This document shows, one piece after another, positions 33,309-44,873 of a DNA stretch of 64,000 nucleotides. Numbering within the stretch: the stretch's first letter is position 1; every line of letters starts with the position of its first letter. The stretch comes from an uncultured Alphaproteobacteria bacterium. GTDB lineage: Bacteria > Pseudomonadota > Alphaproteobacteria > Micropepsales > Micropepsaceae. A model generated the notes under the pieces. That model did not search any database, was not told the DNA's origin, and was given only the letters and a program-made list of their open reading frames with translations. A program made the position numbers and the translations under genes. The DNA lies in contig CAVZBS010000006.1 in assembly GCA_963773575.1 (NCBI GenBank), positions 68,905 through 132,904 of the forward strand, written 5' to 3'.

Positions 33309-34154
33309 ATGAAACAGCGTCACTTTTTCCGTTGCCTGGCGCCTTTTGTGATCCTGGCCGGCCCCGCCTTTGCCGCGGGCGGCACCGGCGGCGACAGCGG
33401 CGCCCCCGCCTCCCATTTCCAGATGGCGATGACCATCTATGCCGGCGGCATCACCCTGGGGCAAATGGACATGGACGCCACGGTGCGGGACGGCAAATAC
33501 CATGTGGTTTCCAACCTGGAGACGTCTGGCGTGGTCAATGCCTTCTGGCAATCAGAGATCCAGGCCACCTCCTCCGGCTCGGTCGGCGCCAACAATCTTT
33601 CGCCGGCGCTGTACGATTCCTTCGACGTCAACCGCACCGGCAAGCGGCAAGAGGTGTCGCTGACCTATGACAGCAGCGATCCGCCCCGGCTCTATGCCGA
33701 TCCGCCTTATTCCACCACCGGCTATGAAGTGGCCCCGGACGAGCGGAAGGCGACCATCGATCCCTTGTCGGCGGTGATGTTCATCGTCTCCGGCGCCGGC
33801 GCCGGCGCCAATCCCTGCGCCGTCACCGCCCCGGTGTTCGACGGCCGCCGCCGCTACAATATCGAGATGCGCAAGGTCAAGGATCTGGACATCAAGCTGG
33901 ATAACGGCCTTTACGCCGGCCACGCCCTGCTTTGCCAGGTCAAGTATGACCAGATCGCCGGTTTCAAGCCGCGAGTGCTGAAATCCAATGAACGCTTTCC
34001 GGTCATCAATGCCTGGGTGGTGACCTATCCCTCCAAGCTCAAGGGCGGCGATTATGTGGTGCCGCTCCGGGTCTGGGCCGATACCCCCTACGGCCTGGTG
34101 GCGGTGGTGGCCAATTCGCTCAAGATCGACGGGCAGACGCCCAAGGCCAATTGA
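33309..34154 (+). CDS. DUF3108-like exported protein
   Basis: Signal peptide, IDPLSA, VFDGRRRY; divergent from rpmB. Confidence 0.7.
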   Translation: MKQRHFFRCLAPFVILAGPAFAAGGTGGDSGAPASHFQMAMTIYAGGITLGQMDMDATVRDGKYHVVSNLETSGVVNAFWQSEIQATSSGSVGANNLSPALYDSFDVNRTGKRQEVSLTYDSSDPPRLYADPPYSTTGYEVAPDERKATIDPLSAVMFIVSGAGAGANPCAVTAPVFDGRRRYNIEMRKVKDLDIKLDNGLYAGHALLCQVKYDQIAGFKPRVLKSNERFPVINAWVVTYPSKLKGGDYVVPLRVWADTPYGLVAVVANSLKIDGQTPKAN

Positions 34155-34796
34155 ATGCGCATTGCCGCCGCACTGGCGTTGATCCTCCTGGCCCTGTTGC
34201 CGGGCGCGGCGCTGGCCGACCCGGCCGGGGATTACGCCGCCCTGGTCACCGCGGCCCAGGATGGCGATCCCGGCACCGACTACACCGCCATGCGGCTGGC
34301 CTATGCCCAACTCGCCGAATACGACCCTTACGGCGTCAAGACCAAAGCCCTGATGCAGGACGCTCAAACCGCCTATCTGGCCAAGGACTGCAAGACCGCG
34401 TTGGAGAAATTCAAGGCCGCCATCGCCATCGATTTCACCATCTCCCAGGCCCACGCCCTCAGCGCCGACTGCATGGAACAGGCCGGCGACCAGACGGGCG
34501 AGAAACGGGAAGAGGCCATCGCCCAGGGCCTGTTCGACTCCATCGTGACCAGCGGCGACGGCCAGGGCCCGGACACCGCTTTCATCGTGGTCAGCCTGCA
34601 TGAGGAAGAGGTGGTCCTGGCGGTGGCCGGACTGCAGGGCACCGGACAGGCCCTGCTCGACACCAAGGACGGACCAGTGGACCAGATCAGCGTCGCCGAC
34701 GAAAAGACCGGCAAGAAAAGCGCGCTCTATTTCAACGTCACCGCGCTCTTCGCCGGCATGGAGCGGCAAAAGGCAAAGCCCGCGCCCAATCCCTGA
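34155..34796 (+). CDS. Exported protein, DUF4919-like/TPR
   Basis: Signal peptide, YDPY, SIVTSGDG..TAFIVVS..EE, YFNV. Confidence 0.6.
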   Translation: MRIAAALALILLALLPGAALADPAGDYAALVTAAQDGDPGTDYTAMRLAYAQLAEYDPYGVKTKALMQDAQTAYLAKDCKTALEKFKAAIAIDFTISQAHALSADCMEQAGDQTGEKREEAIAQGLFDSIVTSGDGQGPDTAFIVVSLHEEEVVLAVAGLQGTGQALLDTKDGPVDQISVADEKTGKKSALYFNVTALFAGMERQKAKPAPNP

Positions 34797-34799
34797 GGA

Positions 34800-36929
34800 T
34801 CACGGGGCGTTGCGGCGGCGGCGGGCGCGGATCAGGCCCAACACCGCACGCGCCGCTTCCGGGATATTGGTGCCGGGGCCGGAAATCGCCGCCACCCCCG
34901 CCGCGCGCAGGGCGTCATAATCCTGGGGCGGAATCACGCCTCCGGCCAGCACCAGGATGTCGTCGCGGCCCAGCGCCTTCAGCTGTTCGATCAGTTGCGG
35001 CACCAGGCTGAGATGGCTGCCGGCCAGGCTGGACACCCCGATCGCATCCGCCTCGGCGGCAATCGCATCGGCCGCGACTTCCTTGGGATCGCGGAACAGG
35101 GCGCCCACCGTGACTTCAAAGCCCAGATCGCCGAACGCCGTCGCCACCACCTTGGCGCCGCGGTCATGACCGTCCTGGCCCAGCTTGGCGACCAACAGGC
35201 GCGGCCGGCGGCCTTCCTCCTTCGCGAAGGCCGTCACCTCGCCGGCAATCTCTTTCAAGGCGGCGAAATCCTCCCCATAAACGCCGTGCAGCAAACGGAT
35301 TTCCGCCCGGTAGCGGCCGAACACCTCTTCCAGGGCGGAAGAAATTTCGCCCACCGTGGCCCGGACCCGCGCCGCGTCGATGGACAAAGCCAGAAGGTTT
35401 CCATTCCCCCGCGCCCCGTTTTTCAGGGCTTCCAGTGCGGCGGCGACCTTGGCGGGATCGCGCGACGCTTTCAGTTTTTCGAGTTTGGCGATCTGGGCGG
35501 CGCGCACCTTTTCATTGTCGATGGTGCGGATTTCGATCGGCGGTTCATTTTCCATCCGGAATTTGTTGACGCCGACGATCACGTCTTCACCCTTGTCGAT
35601 GCGGGCCTGGCGCCGCGCCGCCGCCGCTTCGATTTCGAGCTTCGGCCAGCCCTCCTCCACCGCTTTTGTCATGCCGCCGGCTTCATCGACCCGCGCCATC
35701 ACCTTGCGCGCCGCTTCGGCCAGGGAATGGGTGAGCGATTCCACATAATAGGAACCGCCCAAGGGATCGACCACGCGGGTGACCTGGGATTCCTGCTGCA
35801 GAATAAGCTGGGTGTTGCGGGCCACCCGGGCCGAAGCTTCGCTGGGCAGCGCGATCGCCTCGTCAAAGGCATTGGTGTGGAGGGATTGGGTGCCGCCCAG
35901 AACCGCCGCCAGCGCCTCCAAGGTGGTGCGCACGATATTGTTGTGCGGTTCCTGCTCGGTCAGCGACACGCCGCTGGTCTGGCAATGAGTTCGGAGCATC
36001 CGGCTTTCCGGGTTCTTCGCGCCCTGTTCCGCCATCATCTGCGACCACAGCAGCCGGGCGGCGCGCAGCTTGGCCACCTCCATGAAGAAATTCATGCCGA
36101 TGCCGAAGAAGAAACTCAGGCGGGGCGCGAAGGCATCGATATCGAGACCTCGCGCCAGCGCGGCGCGGACATAGGCCATGCCGTCGGCAAGCGTGAACCC
36201 CAACTCCTGCACCGCGGTGGCGCCCGCCTCATGCATGTGATAGCCGCTGATCGAGATGGAATTGAAGCGCGGCATGTTTTGGGCGGTGAATTCAATCACA
36301 TCGGCGACAATGCGCATCGACGGCAAGGGCGGATAGACATAGGTGTTGCGCACCATGAATTCCTTGAGGATGTCGTTCTGGATGGTGCCCGACAGCCGCT
36401 CCAGGGGAACGCCCTGCTCTTCGCCCGCCACGATGAAACCCGCCAGCACCGGCAGGACGGCGCCGTTCATGGTCATGGACACGCTCATGCGGTCGAGCGG
36501 AATGCCGTCGAACAGGATCTTCATGTCTTCGACGGAATCGATCGCCACCCCCGCCATGCCGACATCGGCGGCAACCCGGGGATGATCGCTGTCATAGCCG
36601 CGATGGGTGGCCAGATCGAACGCCACCGACAAGCCCATCTGTCCCGCCTTCAGATTTTGGCGATAGAAGAGGTTGGACTCTTCCGCGGTGGAGAAGCCGG
36701 CATATTGCCGGATGGTCCAGGGCCGGCCGGCATACATGCTGGCGCGCGGGCCGCGGGTGAAGGGCGGCAGCCCCGGCCAGGAGCCCGTCTCAAGGCCCTC
36801 CATATCGGCTTCGGTATAGAGCGGCTGGATCGGGATCCCCTCGGGGCTCCGCCAGACAAGATCGGCCGGCTTGCGGGCCTTGAGTTCCCGGGCCACGGCC
36901 TCTTCCCAGTCCTTTTGAAGATCGGTCAT
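34800..36929 (-). CDS. scpA: Methylmalonyl-CoA mutase
   Basis: [27 protein letters not shown]12-binding motif. Confidence 0.95.
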   Translation of the reverse strand: MTDLQKDWEEAVARELKARKPADLVWRSPEGIPIQPLYTEADMEGLETGSWPGLPPFTRGPRASMYAGRPWTIRQYAGFSTAEESNLFYRQNLKAGQMGLSVAFDLATHRGYDSDHPRVAADVGMAGVAIDSVEDMKILFDGIPLDRMSVSMTMNGAVLPVLAGFIVAGEEQGVPLERLSGTIQNDILKEFMVRNTYVYPPLPSMRIVADVIEFTAQNMPRFNSISISGYHMHEAGATAVQELGFTLADGMAYVRAALARGLDIDAFAPRLSFFFGIGMNFFMEVAKLRAARLLWSQMMAEQGAKNPESRMLRTHCQTSGVSLTEQEPHNNIVRTTLEALAAVLGGTQSLHTNAFDEAIALPSEASARVARNTQLILQQESQVTRVVDPLGGSYYVESLTHSLAEAARKVMARVDEAGGMTKAVEEGWPKLEIEAAAARRQARIDKGEDVIVGVNKFRMENEPPIEIRTIDNEKVRAAQIAKLEKLKASRDPAKVAAALEALKNGARGNGNLLALSIDAARVRATVGEISSALEEVFGRYRAEIRLLHGVYGEDFAALKEIAGEVTAFAKEEGRRPRLLVAKLGQDGHDRGAKVVATAFGDLGFEVTVGALFRDPKEVAADAIAAEADAIGVSSLAGSHLSLVPQLIEQLKALGRDDILVLAGGVIPPQDYDALRAAGVAAISGPGTNIPEAARAVLGLIRARRRRNAP

Positions 36930-37132
36930 GTATCCATGTTCCTTGAGCCGCCGCTCGAGCGCAAATCGTCATGGTTTCTGTCCGCCTACGGAAGATCGAG
37001 TCCCAAGGGGACGGCCCAGACTCCATGACTGCCAATACCAACAAGATGTGGTGGCTCACGCATCTGGACAGACAGCTAAATGTATGAGAACGAACACAGA
37101 TTTCGGTAAGGTTAGTGATTCGGGCTCATTTT

Positions 37133-37147
37133 GTTCTGTGCCCGTTC
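37133..37147. promoter_or_regulatory. Alphaproteobacterial LexA (SOS) box
   Basis: GTTC-TGTGCCC-GTTC = GTTC-N7-GTTC, about 90 bp upstream of the helicase. Confidence 0.55.
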
Positions 37148-37238
37148 CGTTCTTTTACCGGCCATCCACAGCAACCAAAAGCAAGCCTTTGATCACAAGG
37201 CGCTTTCCGCGTCACTAGGCCCGCCCCATATTGCATCC

Positions 37239-39778
37239 ATGACCCAGAGACAGGCCTCCGGCGTGGCGCGCTCCAAGGTGAGCGCGATTCTGGGACCGAC
37301 CAATACCGGCAAGACCTTTTTCGCCGTCGAGCGGATGCTGGCGCACAAGTCCGGCATGATCGGTCTGCCGCTGCGATTGCTGGCGCGGGAAGTCTATGAC
37401 CGCGTCGTCCGCTTGAAGGGCGCCAACGACGTCGCCCTGATCACCGGCGAGGAAAAGATCCTGCCCAAGGCGGCACGCTTCTATGTCTGCACCGTCGAAG
37501 CCATGCCGCTGGACATTTCCGTCGCCTGCCTGGTGGTGGACGAGATCCAACTCTGCAGCCGATCCCGAACGCGGCCATATCTTCACCGACCGGCTGCTGA
37601 ACGCGCGCGGGCACGGAGGAAACCCTGTTCCTGGGCGCCGAGGCGATGCGCGGCGCCATCCAGCGTTTCATACCCAAGGCCTGGTTCATCACCCGGCCGC
37701 GCTTCTCCGATCTCGCCTATACCGGCCACAAGAAGCTCACCCGCCTGCCGCGGCGTTCGGCGGTGGTGGGTTTCAGCGCCGAGGATGTCTATGGCATCGC
37801 CGAGATCGTGCGCCGCCAGCGCGGCGGCGCCGCCGTGGTTCTGGGCGCCTTGTCGCCGCGCACCCGCAACGCCCAGGTGGCGCTCTATCAGTCGGGCGAT
37901 GTCGATTTCCTGGTCGCCACCGACGCCATCGGCATGGGTCTCAACATGGATGTGGATCATGTCGCGTTCGCCGGGGCCGAGAAATTCGACGGCAACGGTT
38001 ACCGCCCACTGATGCCGGCGGAGATCGGGCAGATCGCCGGCCGCGCTGGACGCTACATGAATGATGGCACTTTCGGGGTCACCGCCGAATGCGAGGTTTT
38101 CGAGGACGAGCTGGTCACCCGGGTCGAGGGTCACCGCTATGATCCGGTCAAGCTTCTGCAATGGCGCAATGGCGCGCTGAATTTCCATTCGATCGGCGCG
38201 CTGCTGGAAAGCCTGGACGCGCCGCCGCCGGACCGGGGGCTGGTGCGGGCGCGGCCCGCCACCGACGCCGTCGCCTTGCACCATTTGGCGGGCGAAGCGG
38301 AGATCCGGGCGCGGACCGGTTCGCGCGACACCGTCAAGCGCCTGTGGGAGGTCTGCCAGTTGCCCGACTTCCGCAAATTGTCGGCCGACGAGCACGCCAA
38401 GATGGTGCGTATCTTGTATTTGTTCCTGACCGCGCCGCCCGGCCATATTCCCGACGACTGGATGGCGCGCCAGATCGCGCGCCTGAATATCGCCGAAGGC
38501 GATGTCGCCACCCTGTCGGGACGGCTGGCGCAGATCCGCACTTTCACCTATGCCGCGCATCGTCCCGGCTGGACCCGCGACAGCGCCTATTGGCAGGGCG
38601 AAACCCGCGCGGTCGAGGACCGGCTCTCCGATGCCCTGCATGAGCGGCTTACCCAGCGCTTCGTCGACCGGCGGACTTCGGTCCTGATGAAACATCTGCG
38701 CGAGGACGAAATCGCCGATGCGCGGCTGGAAGAGGACGGCGCCGTGCTGATCGCCGGCGAGGCGATCGGCCGGCTGGACGGATTCCAATTCACCCCCGAC
38801 CCGCGCGGGGCTCGCGATGGCAATGGCGCCCTGCATGCCCGGATGTTGCGCGCCGCCGCGATGCGCGGCCTGGAAAGCGAATTCCTGTCGCGGGCCCGCG
38901 CCCTGGCGGGCGCGCCGGACGAGCAGATCGGCTTGAGCGAACATGGCAAGCTGTGGTGGGACGGCGCCATGGTGGGCCATCTCAAGGCCGGGCCCACGCC
39001 GCTGGCGCCGCGCGTGGCGCTGGCCGCCGATGACTTGCTCAAGGGCGAGTTCAGGAGCGCCGTCCAGGCACGGCTGGACGCCTGGCTGGACACCCGCGTG
39101 AGCGCCCGGCTGGAGCCGCTTGTGGCGTTGGCCCGCGCTGTCCAGGCCCGGGCCGGCAGCGAAACCGCCTTGCCCGCCCAGGCCCGCGGCTTGGCGCATC
39201 AGCTGACGGAAAATTTCGGCGCCCTGAACCGGGCATCCCTGAACCTGCCGGACAAGCTTGGGCCGGTCATCCGGGCTCTGAAACCGTTCGGGGTCTGGGT
39301 CGGCCGGCGCACGGTTTATCTTCCGCGCCTGCTTCGGCCGGACGCGGCCGGCTTGCTGGCGCTGCTCTGGGGCGTCTGGACCCGGCAATCCCAGCTGACC
39401 GGCCCGCCCGCGCCCGGATTGACCTCCTTCGCACATGCCGGAGAGCCGCAAGGCTTCCTCCATGCCGCGGGCTTTATCCTGGTGGGCCGCCGCGCGATCC
39501 GCTTCGACATGCTGGAACGGCTGGAAGCCGAACTGGATAAGGCGGCCATCAGCGGCACCGATGCCGACTTGGTTCTGCCCAGGCTGGTATCGCTTCTGGG
39601 CGCCGGCAATGACGAAGCCAGGGAGATTCTCGCCGTCCTGGGCTGGCGGCTGGTTGCCGTCGCCGACCAACCCTCGGTTTGGCGCCGGACCAAGGAAAGA
39701 CATCGCAAACGGCCCGCCGCGGAAAAGCCGCCGGAACATTCGCCCTTCGCGGAACTCAAGGGACTGATGGCGCGATGA
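37239..39778 (+). CDS. SF2 helicase, SUV3/MgpS-like (frameshifts near 37555-37620)
   Basis: [30 protein letters not shown]. Confidence 0.88.
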
Positions 39779-40036
39779 ACGCCACCCGCATCGACAAATG
39801 GCTGTTCCATGCCCGGTTCTACCGTACCCGGACCCTGGCGCAGGCCGCCGCCAGCGCGGGCAAGGTCAGGCTGAACGGGATGCGGGTGGAAAAGCCTTCC
39901 CAGTCGCTCAAGCCAGGCGATATCCTGACCCTCGGCAAGGGCAGCGAGGTGATGGCGCTCAGGGTTTTGGCCCTGGCGGAGCGGCGCGGTTCCCGCGCTG
40001 GACGCGCAGCTCCTGTACGAAATCGTCGCGGACTGA
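39775..40036 (+). CDS. S4 RNA-binding (Hsp15-like) protein (frameshift near the 3' end)
   Basis: [25 protein letters not shown]. Confidence 0.85.
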
Positions 40037-40095
40037 GCGCTTGCCTTGGAAAGCCTCCGGTTTTAGAGACCTACCCGCCTTTTGGAGCCATGCCG

Positions 40096-40434
40096 ATGAC
40101 CTATGTCGTTACCGAAGCCTGCATCAAGTGCAAGTTCATGGACTGCGTCGAGGTCTGCCCGGTGGATTGCTTCTACGAAGGCGAAAACATGCTGGTGATC
40201 AGTCCCGACGAATGCATCGATTGCGGCGTCTGCGAGCCGGAATGCCCGCCCGAGGCGATCAAGGCCGATACCGAATCCGGGCTGGAAAAATGGCTCTCGG
40301 TCAATGCCGAATACGCCAAAGTCTGGCCCAATATCAGCCAGAAGGGCGAGGCGCCGGCCGACGCCAAGGACTGGCAGGGCGTGGCCGACAAGTTCGAGAA
40401 ATATTTCGACCCCAAGCCCGGGTCCGGCTCCTGA
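40096..40434 (+). CDS. fdxA: 7Fe ferredoxin
   Basis: [29 protein letters not shown]...[12 protein letters not shown]. Confidence 0.95.
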   Translation: MTYVVTEACIKCKFMDCVEVCPVDCFYEGENMLVISPDECIDCGVCEPECPPEAIKADTESGLEKWLSVNAEYAKVWPNISQKGEAPADAKDWQGVADKFEKYFDPKPGSGS

Positions 40435-40759
40435 ACTGCGCCTGCGGGGCCCGTTTAGGACAATCAGCGGTTGAGCCAACCGACCTCGGCATGGCAGCTC
40501 TGTCTTTGAGTTCCCGATTTGGGACATGGATCAAGGGGTTGCCGGTTGACCACGCCGCTATCCGGAAGAAATGCCGCAATTTCAACAACTTGTGACGATT
40601 TTGCTTCCAATTTGGGTTAACTTGTGTTAGGTTCCATTTGAAACATTGGTCAGCCCTGAGAGACAGCGCCCCACCGACGCTGCGGCGTGTTTCGGCCATA
40701 TTGTTGTGAAATCGTCGCACTTTCCGCATTCACCAGCGAAGGTGCCAATGGAAACTGAA

Positions 40760-41337
40760 ATGACTGCAACCAAAACGCATACCCATGCCGCCAAGCAGGC
40801 ACCGCTTCATCCCAAGAAAGTTCCGGCCAATTCCAACAGGAAGCACGAATTCAAGACCAACGACCATGTGGTCTATCCCACCCACGGCGTCGGCAAGGTC
40901 TCCGGGCATCGAGGAACAGGAAGTCGCCGGGCGCCAAGCTCGAACTGTTCATCATCGAGTTCGAGAAGGACAAGATGACCCTGCGCGTGCCGACCACCAA
41001 GGCCAAGGCGGTGGGCATGCGCAAGCTGTCGTCGCCCGAAGTGGTCGGCACCGCCCTCAACACGCTCAAGGGCCGCGCCCGCATCAAGCGCACCATGTGG
41101 AGCCGCCGGGCCCAGGAATATGAAGCCAAGATCGATTCCGGCGATCTGGTCTCCATCGCCGAGGTGGTGCGCGACCTTCATCGCGCCGGCGGCCAGCCCG
41201 AACAGTCCTATTCCGAGCGCCAGCTTTACGAAAAGGCGCTGGCCCGCATGGCGCGCGAAGTCGCCGCCGTCGAGCGCACCGACGAGCAGACCGCGGTCAA
41301 GCGCGTCGAAGGCATGCTGACCAAAAAGGCCGCTTGA
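40760..41337 (+). CDS. carD: CarD/CdnL family transcriptional regulator (frameshifted)
   Basis: VVYPTHGVG, MWSRRAQEYEAKI, QSYSERQLYE. Confidence 0.9.
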
Positions 41338-41394
41338 TGCAGGACTCCGGCGGTGCGCATGGCGCGCCGCAGATCCCAATAAGGAGATTCCAAT

Positions 41395-41420
41395 AAAAAA
41401 GGGCCCGATGGGCCCTTTTT
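41395..41420. terminator. Bidirectional intrinsic terminator
   Basis: AAAAAA-GGGCCC-GAT-GGGCCC-TTTTT between convergent genes. Confidence 0.85.
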
Positions 41421-41477
41421 CGGCACGCCCGAAATCCCGCGCCGCCATGCGCGTTCCCGTCAAAAGGGTGCCGCCGG

Positions 41478-42266
41478 CTATTTCAGCAACTCGACCTGTT
41501 TGGGGCTGGCGAGCGCGATCTCAGGCCGGCCGCTGATATATTCGACCAGGCCGCGCAGCCGGACCGTACGGCCGGCCAGATCCCGCAGCGCCGGGTCACT
41601 GCCGCGGAACGCTTTCTTGTCCTCGGACGCGATCATGGCGGAGAAGCCCTGCCGGTAATCGGCGTTGAAATCGAGAAAGACCCGGCCCTGGCTGAAACCG
41701 ACATTGGCGACCTGCCCCTCGATGATTTGAAAGCTTCCGGCCGGAGCGGAAAAGCCCTGGGCCTGCCGGACGGCAAATTCCGGCAGCGCCCAGATCCCGC
41801 GCCCCGCCCGGCGCGCCTCCGTTTCGGCGCGGTAGAAATCGGCCGAACATTCGTCGCGGTCGGGAAGAACCGCAACCCGCGCCAACCCTTCCTCGAGAAG
41901 CGCGGTCTGCAGCCACACCATGGCGAATGCCTGGACCCGCAGCCGGCCGTAACGGTCCGCTTTGGGTTGAACCGCCGCAAGGGTCAAAGATCGCGCCATC
42001 GCCAGGCCGCGCAACTTGGCCAGCGCCGCCGCCGCGACCGCACTTCCGGGACGATCGGCGCCGGGAAGCCGGATGCCTTCCAAAAGAACCGTACGGCCAT
42101 CGCTGAGCACCAAGGCGCCATCCGATTCCACGCGCGTGATTTGCGCCTGCGCCACGGCCACGGGCCCGGCACAGTCGGGCAAGGAGATGGCGACGGCCTG
42201 AAGCGGCCAAAGCCATCCGATCAGGGCCAGAGCGGAAAACCGTGGCGAAAGAATTTTGCGGGGCAT
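41478..42266 (-). CDS. Thermonuclease (SNase-like) family exported protein with OB-fold tail
   Basis: Signal peptide, DRYGR, LLEEGLARV, AETEARRAGRGIW. Confidence 0.8.
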   Translation of the reverse strand: MPRKILSPRFSALALIGWLWPLQAVAISLPDCAGPVAVAQAQITRVESDGALVLSDGRTVLLEGIRLPGADRPGSAVAAAALAKLRGLAMARSLTLAAVQPKADRYGRLRVQAFAMVWLQTALLEEGLARVAVLPDRDECSADFYRAETEARRAGRGIWALPEFAVRQAQGFSAPAGSFQIIEGQVANVGFSQGRVFLDFNADYRQGFSAMIASEDKKAFRGSDPALRDLAGRTVRLRGLVEYISGRPEIALASPKQVELLK

Positions 42267-42268
42267 TC

Positions 42269-43130
42269 CTAGCCGACCGCCTTCAAGGACACGCCCGCGG
42301 GCGGCGGAATCCAGTCCGGCACGAAGAAATCCTCGATCAGATCCTGGCTGGGATCGACCCGATAGGAGTCGAAATCGCGCACCCCATTCTCGGCAAGGAA
42401 GCTGTCGTCGATCAGAAAATTGCCGCTGAAGCCGACCGGCTTGTGGAAGATCAGATGGGCCGCATCGGCGAGGATCTCCGGGGTGCGGCAGCGACGGGCG
42501 GCGTCCTGGCTGCCCATGGCCAGCCGGATGGCGGCGGTGGCGATGCCGGTTCTGGGCCACAAGGCGTTGAAGGCGACGCGGCCGGCGAATTCCGCCGCCA
42601 TGCCCAGCACGCACAAGCTCATGGCGTATTTCGCCATGGAGTAGGCGGTGTGGCCGGCGAACCATTTGGCCTGCATGTCCAGCGGCGGCGACAGCATCAG
42701 CACATGCGGATTGGCGGATTTCAGAAGATGCGGGATGGCATATTTGGACACCATGAAGGTGCCGCGGGCATTGATCTGGTTCATCAGGTCAAAACGCTTC
42801 ATCTCGGTCTCGAGCGTGCCGGTCAGCGAAATCGCGCTGGCATTGTTGACGCAGATGTCGAGGCCGCCGAATTTTTCCACGGTGGCGGCGATCGCGGCCG
42901 CGACCTGATCCTCGAACCGGATATCGCAGGCCAGCGGCAAACGCCTTGCCGCCCGCCCGTTCGATCTCTTCGGCGGCGGTGAAGATCGTGCCCGGAAGTT
43001 TGGCGTTCGGCTGGGTGGTCTTGGCGGCGATGGCGATATTGGCGCCGTCGCGCGCCGCCTTCAGCGCGATGGCGAGCCCGATGCCCCGGCTGGCGCCGGT
43101 GACGAAGAGCGTTTTTCCCCTGAGAGACAT
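42269..43130 (-). CDS. Short-chain dehydrogenase (HSDL2-like; frameshift near 42942)
   Basis: TGASRGIG, NNASAI, YSMAK, NALWPRT. Confidence 0.88.
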
Positions 43131-43263
43131 GGCGCGTCGCTTTTCGAGAAGTTTCACACGAACGTCATCTTTACACGAAATTTACCGGCCAGTCCGGATT
43201 TCGTATCTGTTCGGCGGTGGCGCGAGCCTCTATAAATTTTTCATTCTTACCGGGGATACGCGC

Positions 43264-43851
43264 ATGACTGCCATGAACAACTCACGGCGCTATGGCAGCG
43301 TCGCCATGACGTTTCATTGGGTGATCGCGACCCTGGTCGTCCTCAATGTCTTTTTCGGCATTTACTTCGTGCAAATTCTCGACAGCCATGATCCGATGCG
43401 GCTTGCCATTATCGGCCTACACGAATCCATCGGGATCACCGTTCTGGTGCTGAGCGTGCTCAGGCTCGGCTGGCGGCTGATAAATCCGATTCCGCCGCTT
43501 CCCGCCGATTTCAGTCCCGGCAAACGTTTTTTCGCCCGTGGCACCCATTATACGCTTTATGCCCTGATGATCCTGGTGCCCTTCATGGGCTGGCAGCTGG
43601 CCTCCATCCCGCCCCGGCCCCTGATGCTGTTCGGCGCCATCCCCTGGCCCAAGCTGTTTTACATCGCCAGCCTTTCCGCCACCGCCAAGAAGGCGGCCGC
43701 CGGCATCATCGCGCCCGGCCACATCCTCCTGGCATTCCTGCTTTTGGCCCTGGCGATCGGCCATATCTGCGCCGCCTTGTTCTATCATCACATGATCCGC
43801 AAGGATCAGGTGCTGAAGCGCATGGTGCCCGGCACGGATATCGGCGCCTAG
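43264..43851 (+). CDS. Cytochrome b561 (YceJ-like)
   Basis: FHW, LHESIG, GTH, GH heme ligands in four TM helices. Confidence 0.85.
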   Translation: MTAMNNSRRYGSVAMTFHWVIATLVVLNVFFGIYFVQILDSHDPMRLAIIGLHESIGITVLVLSVLRLGWRLINPIPPLPADFSPGKRFFARGTHYTLYALMILVPFMGWQLASIPPRPLMLFGAIPWPKLFYIASLSATAKKAAAGIIAPGHILLAFLLLALAIGHICAALFYHHMIRKDQVLKRMVPGTDIGA

Positions 43852-43916
43852 AACCCTTTGCGAGCCAGGTTCAAAGAGTAGCTGACCGGCCGCGTCGGAC
43901 CCGCTAAAAACCCGGT

Positions 43917-44873
43917 ATGGAACGTCTGGTCGAACAGATCGCGGCGGCGAGCCCCGCCGCCATTGCCCGGGCCGCGCAATTGCTGCGGGCGGGCCGGCTT
44001 GTCGGCTTCCCCACCGAGACCGTGTATGGCCTGGGCGCCGATGCCCGCGACGGCAGGGCGGTTGCCGCGATCTTCGCCGCCAAGGGCCGGCCGCGTTTCA
44101 ATCCCCTGATCGTGCATGTGGCGGACCGGGACGAAGCCGCCCGCCATGTCGTTTTTTCCGACCTCGCCCAAAGCCTGGCGGAGACATTCTGGCCCGGCGC
44201 CTTGACCCTGGTGCTGCCGCGCCGCGCCGGTTCGCCATTGTCTGACCTGGTGAGCGCCGGACTGGACACCGTGGCGCTGCGCGTGCCGGCGCATCCGGTC
44301 GCGGCCGCCCTCATCCGCCAGGCTGATCTTCCCGTCGCCGCCCCCAGCGCCAACCCGTCCGGGCGGATCAGCGCCACCACCGCCCGGCATGTCGCCGAAG
44401 GCCTGGGGCAAGCGGTGGATGTCATCCTCGATGCCGGACCGGCGCCGTTGGGTCTGGAATCCACGGTGATCGGCTTTGACCGCGGCCGGCCGGTGCTGCT
44501 GCGCCCGGGCGCCATCGCCCGCGCCGATATCGAAGCCGTGGTCGGGCCGCTCGGCCAAGCCGGCGCGGACATCCGCTCACCCGGCCAGCTGCAAAGCCAT
44601 TACGCGCCGCCGCGCGCCACTGCGATTGAATGCGCGCCGGCGCGGAGATGGGCGAAGTGTTGCTGGGATTCGGTCCCGCTCCCCAAGCAGCGTTCAATCT
44701 CAGCCCCAGCGGTGATCTGCAAGAGGCCGCCGCCAATCTCTTCGCCATGCTGCGCGCCCTGGACAAGCAAGCACGCGCCCATCGCGGTGATGCCTGTTCC
44801 CGAAACCGGGCTGGGCGAGGCCATCAACGACCGCTTGCGCCGGGCGGCGGCGCCGAGGAACGACCATGAATGA
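43917..44873 (+). CDS. tsaC: Threonylcarbamoyl-AMP synthase, Sua5 type (compensating frameshifts)
   Basis: FPTETVYGLG, KGRPRFNPLIVH, APSANPSG, SPGQL.SHY, AINDRL. Confidence 0.9.
   Translation: MERLVEQIAAASPAAIARAAQLLRAGRLVGFPTETVYGLGADARDGRAVAAIFAAKGRPRFNPLIVHVADRDEAARHVVFSDLAQSLAETFWPGALTLVLPRRAGSPLSDLVSAGLDTVALRVPAHPVAAALIRQADLPVAAPSANPSGRISATTARHVAEGLGQAVDVILDAGPAPLGLESTVIGFDRGRPVLLRPGAIARADIEAVVGPLGQAGADIRSPGQLQSHYAPPRATAIECAPARRWAKCCWDSVPLPKQRSISAPAVICKRPPPISSPCCAPWTSKHAPIAVMPVPETGLGEAINDRLRRAAAPRNDHE

Noticed and set aside
36930-37130. Possible cobalamin riboswitch upstream of methylmalonyl-CoA mutase
   Set aside because: No B12-box or other conserved riboswitch core was recognisable on the minus strand.
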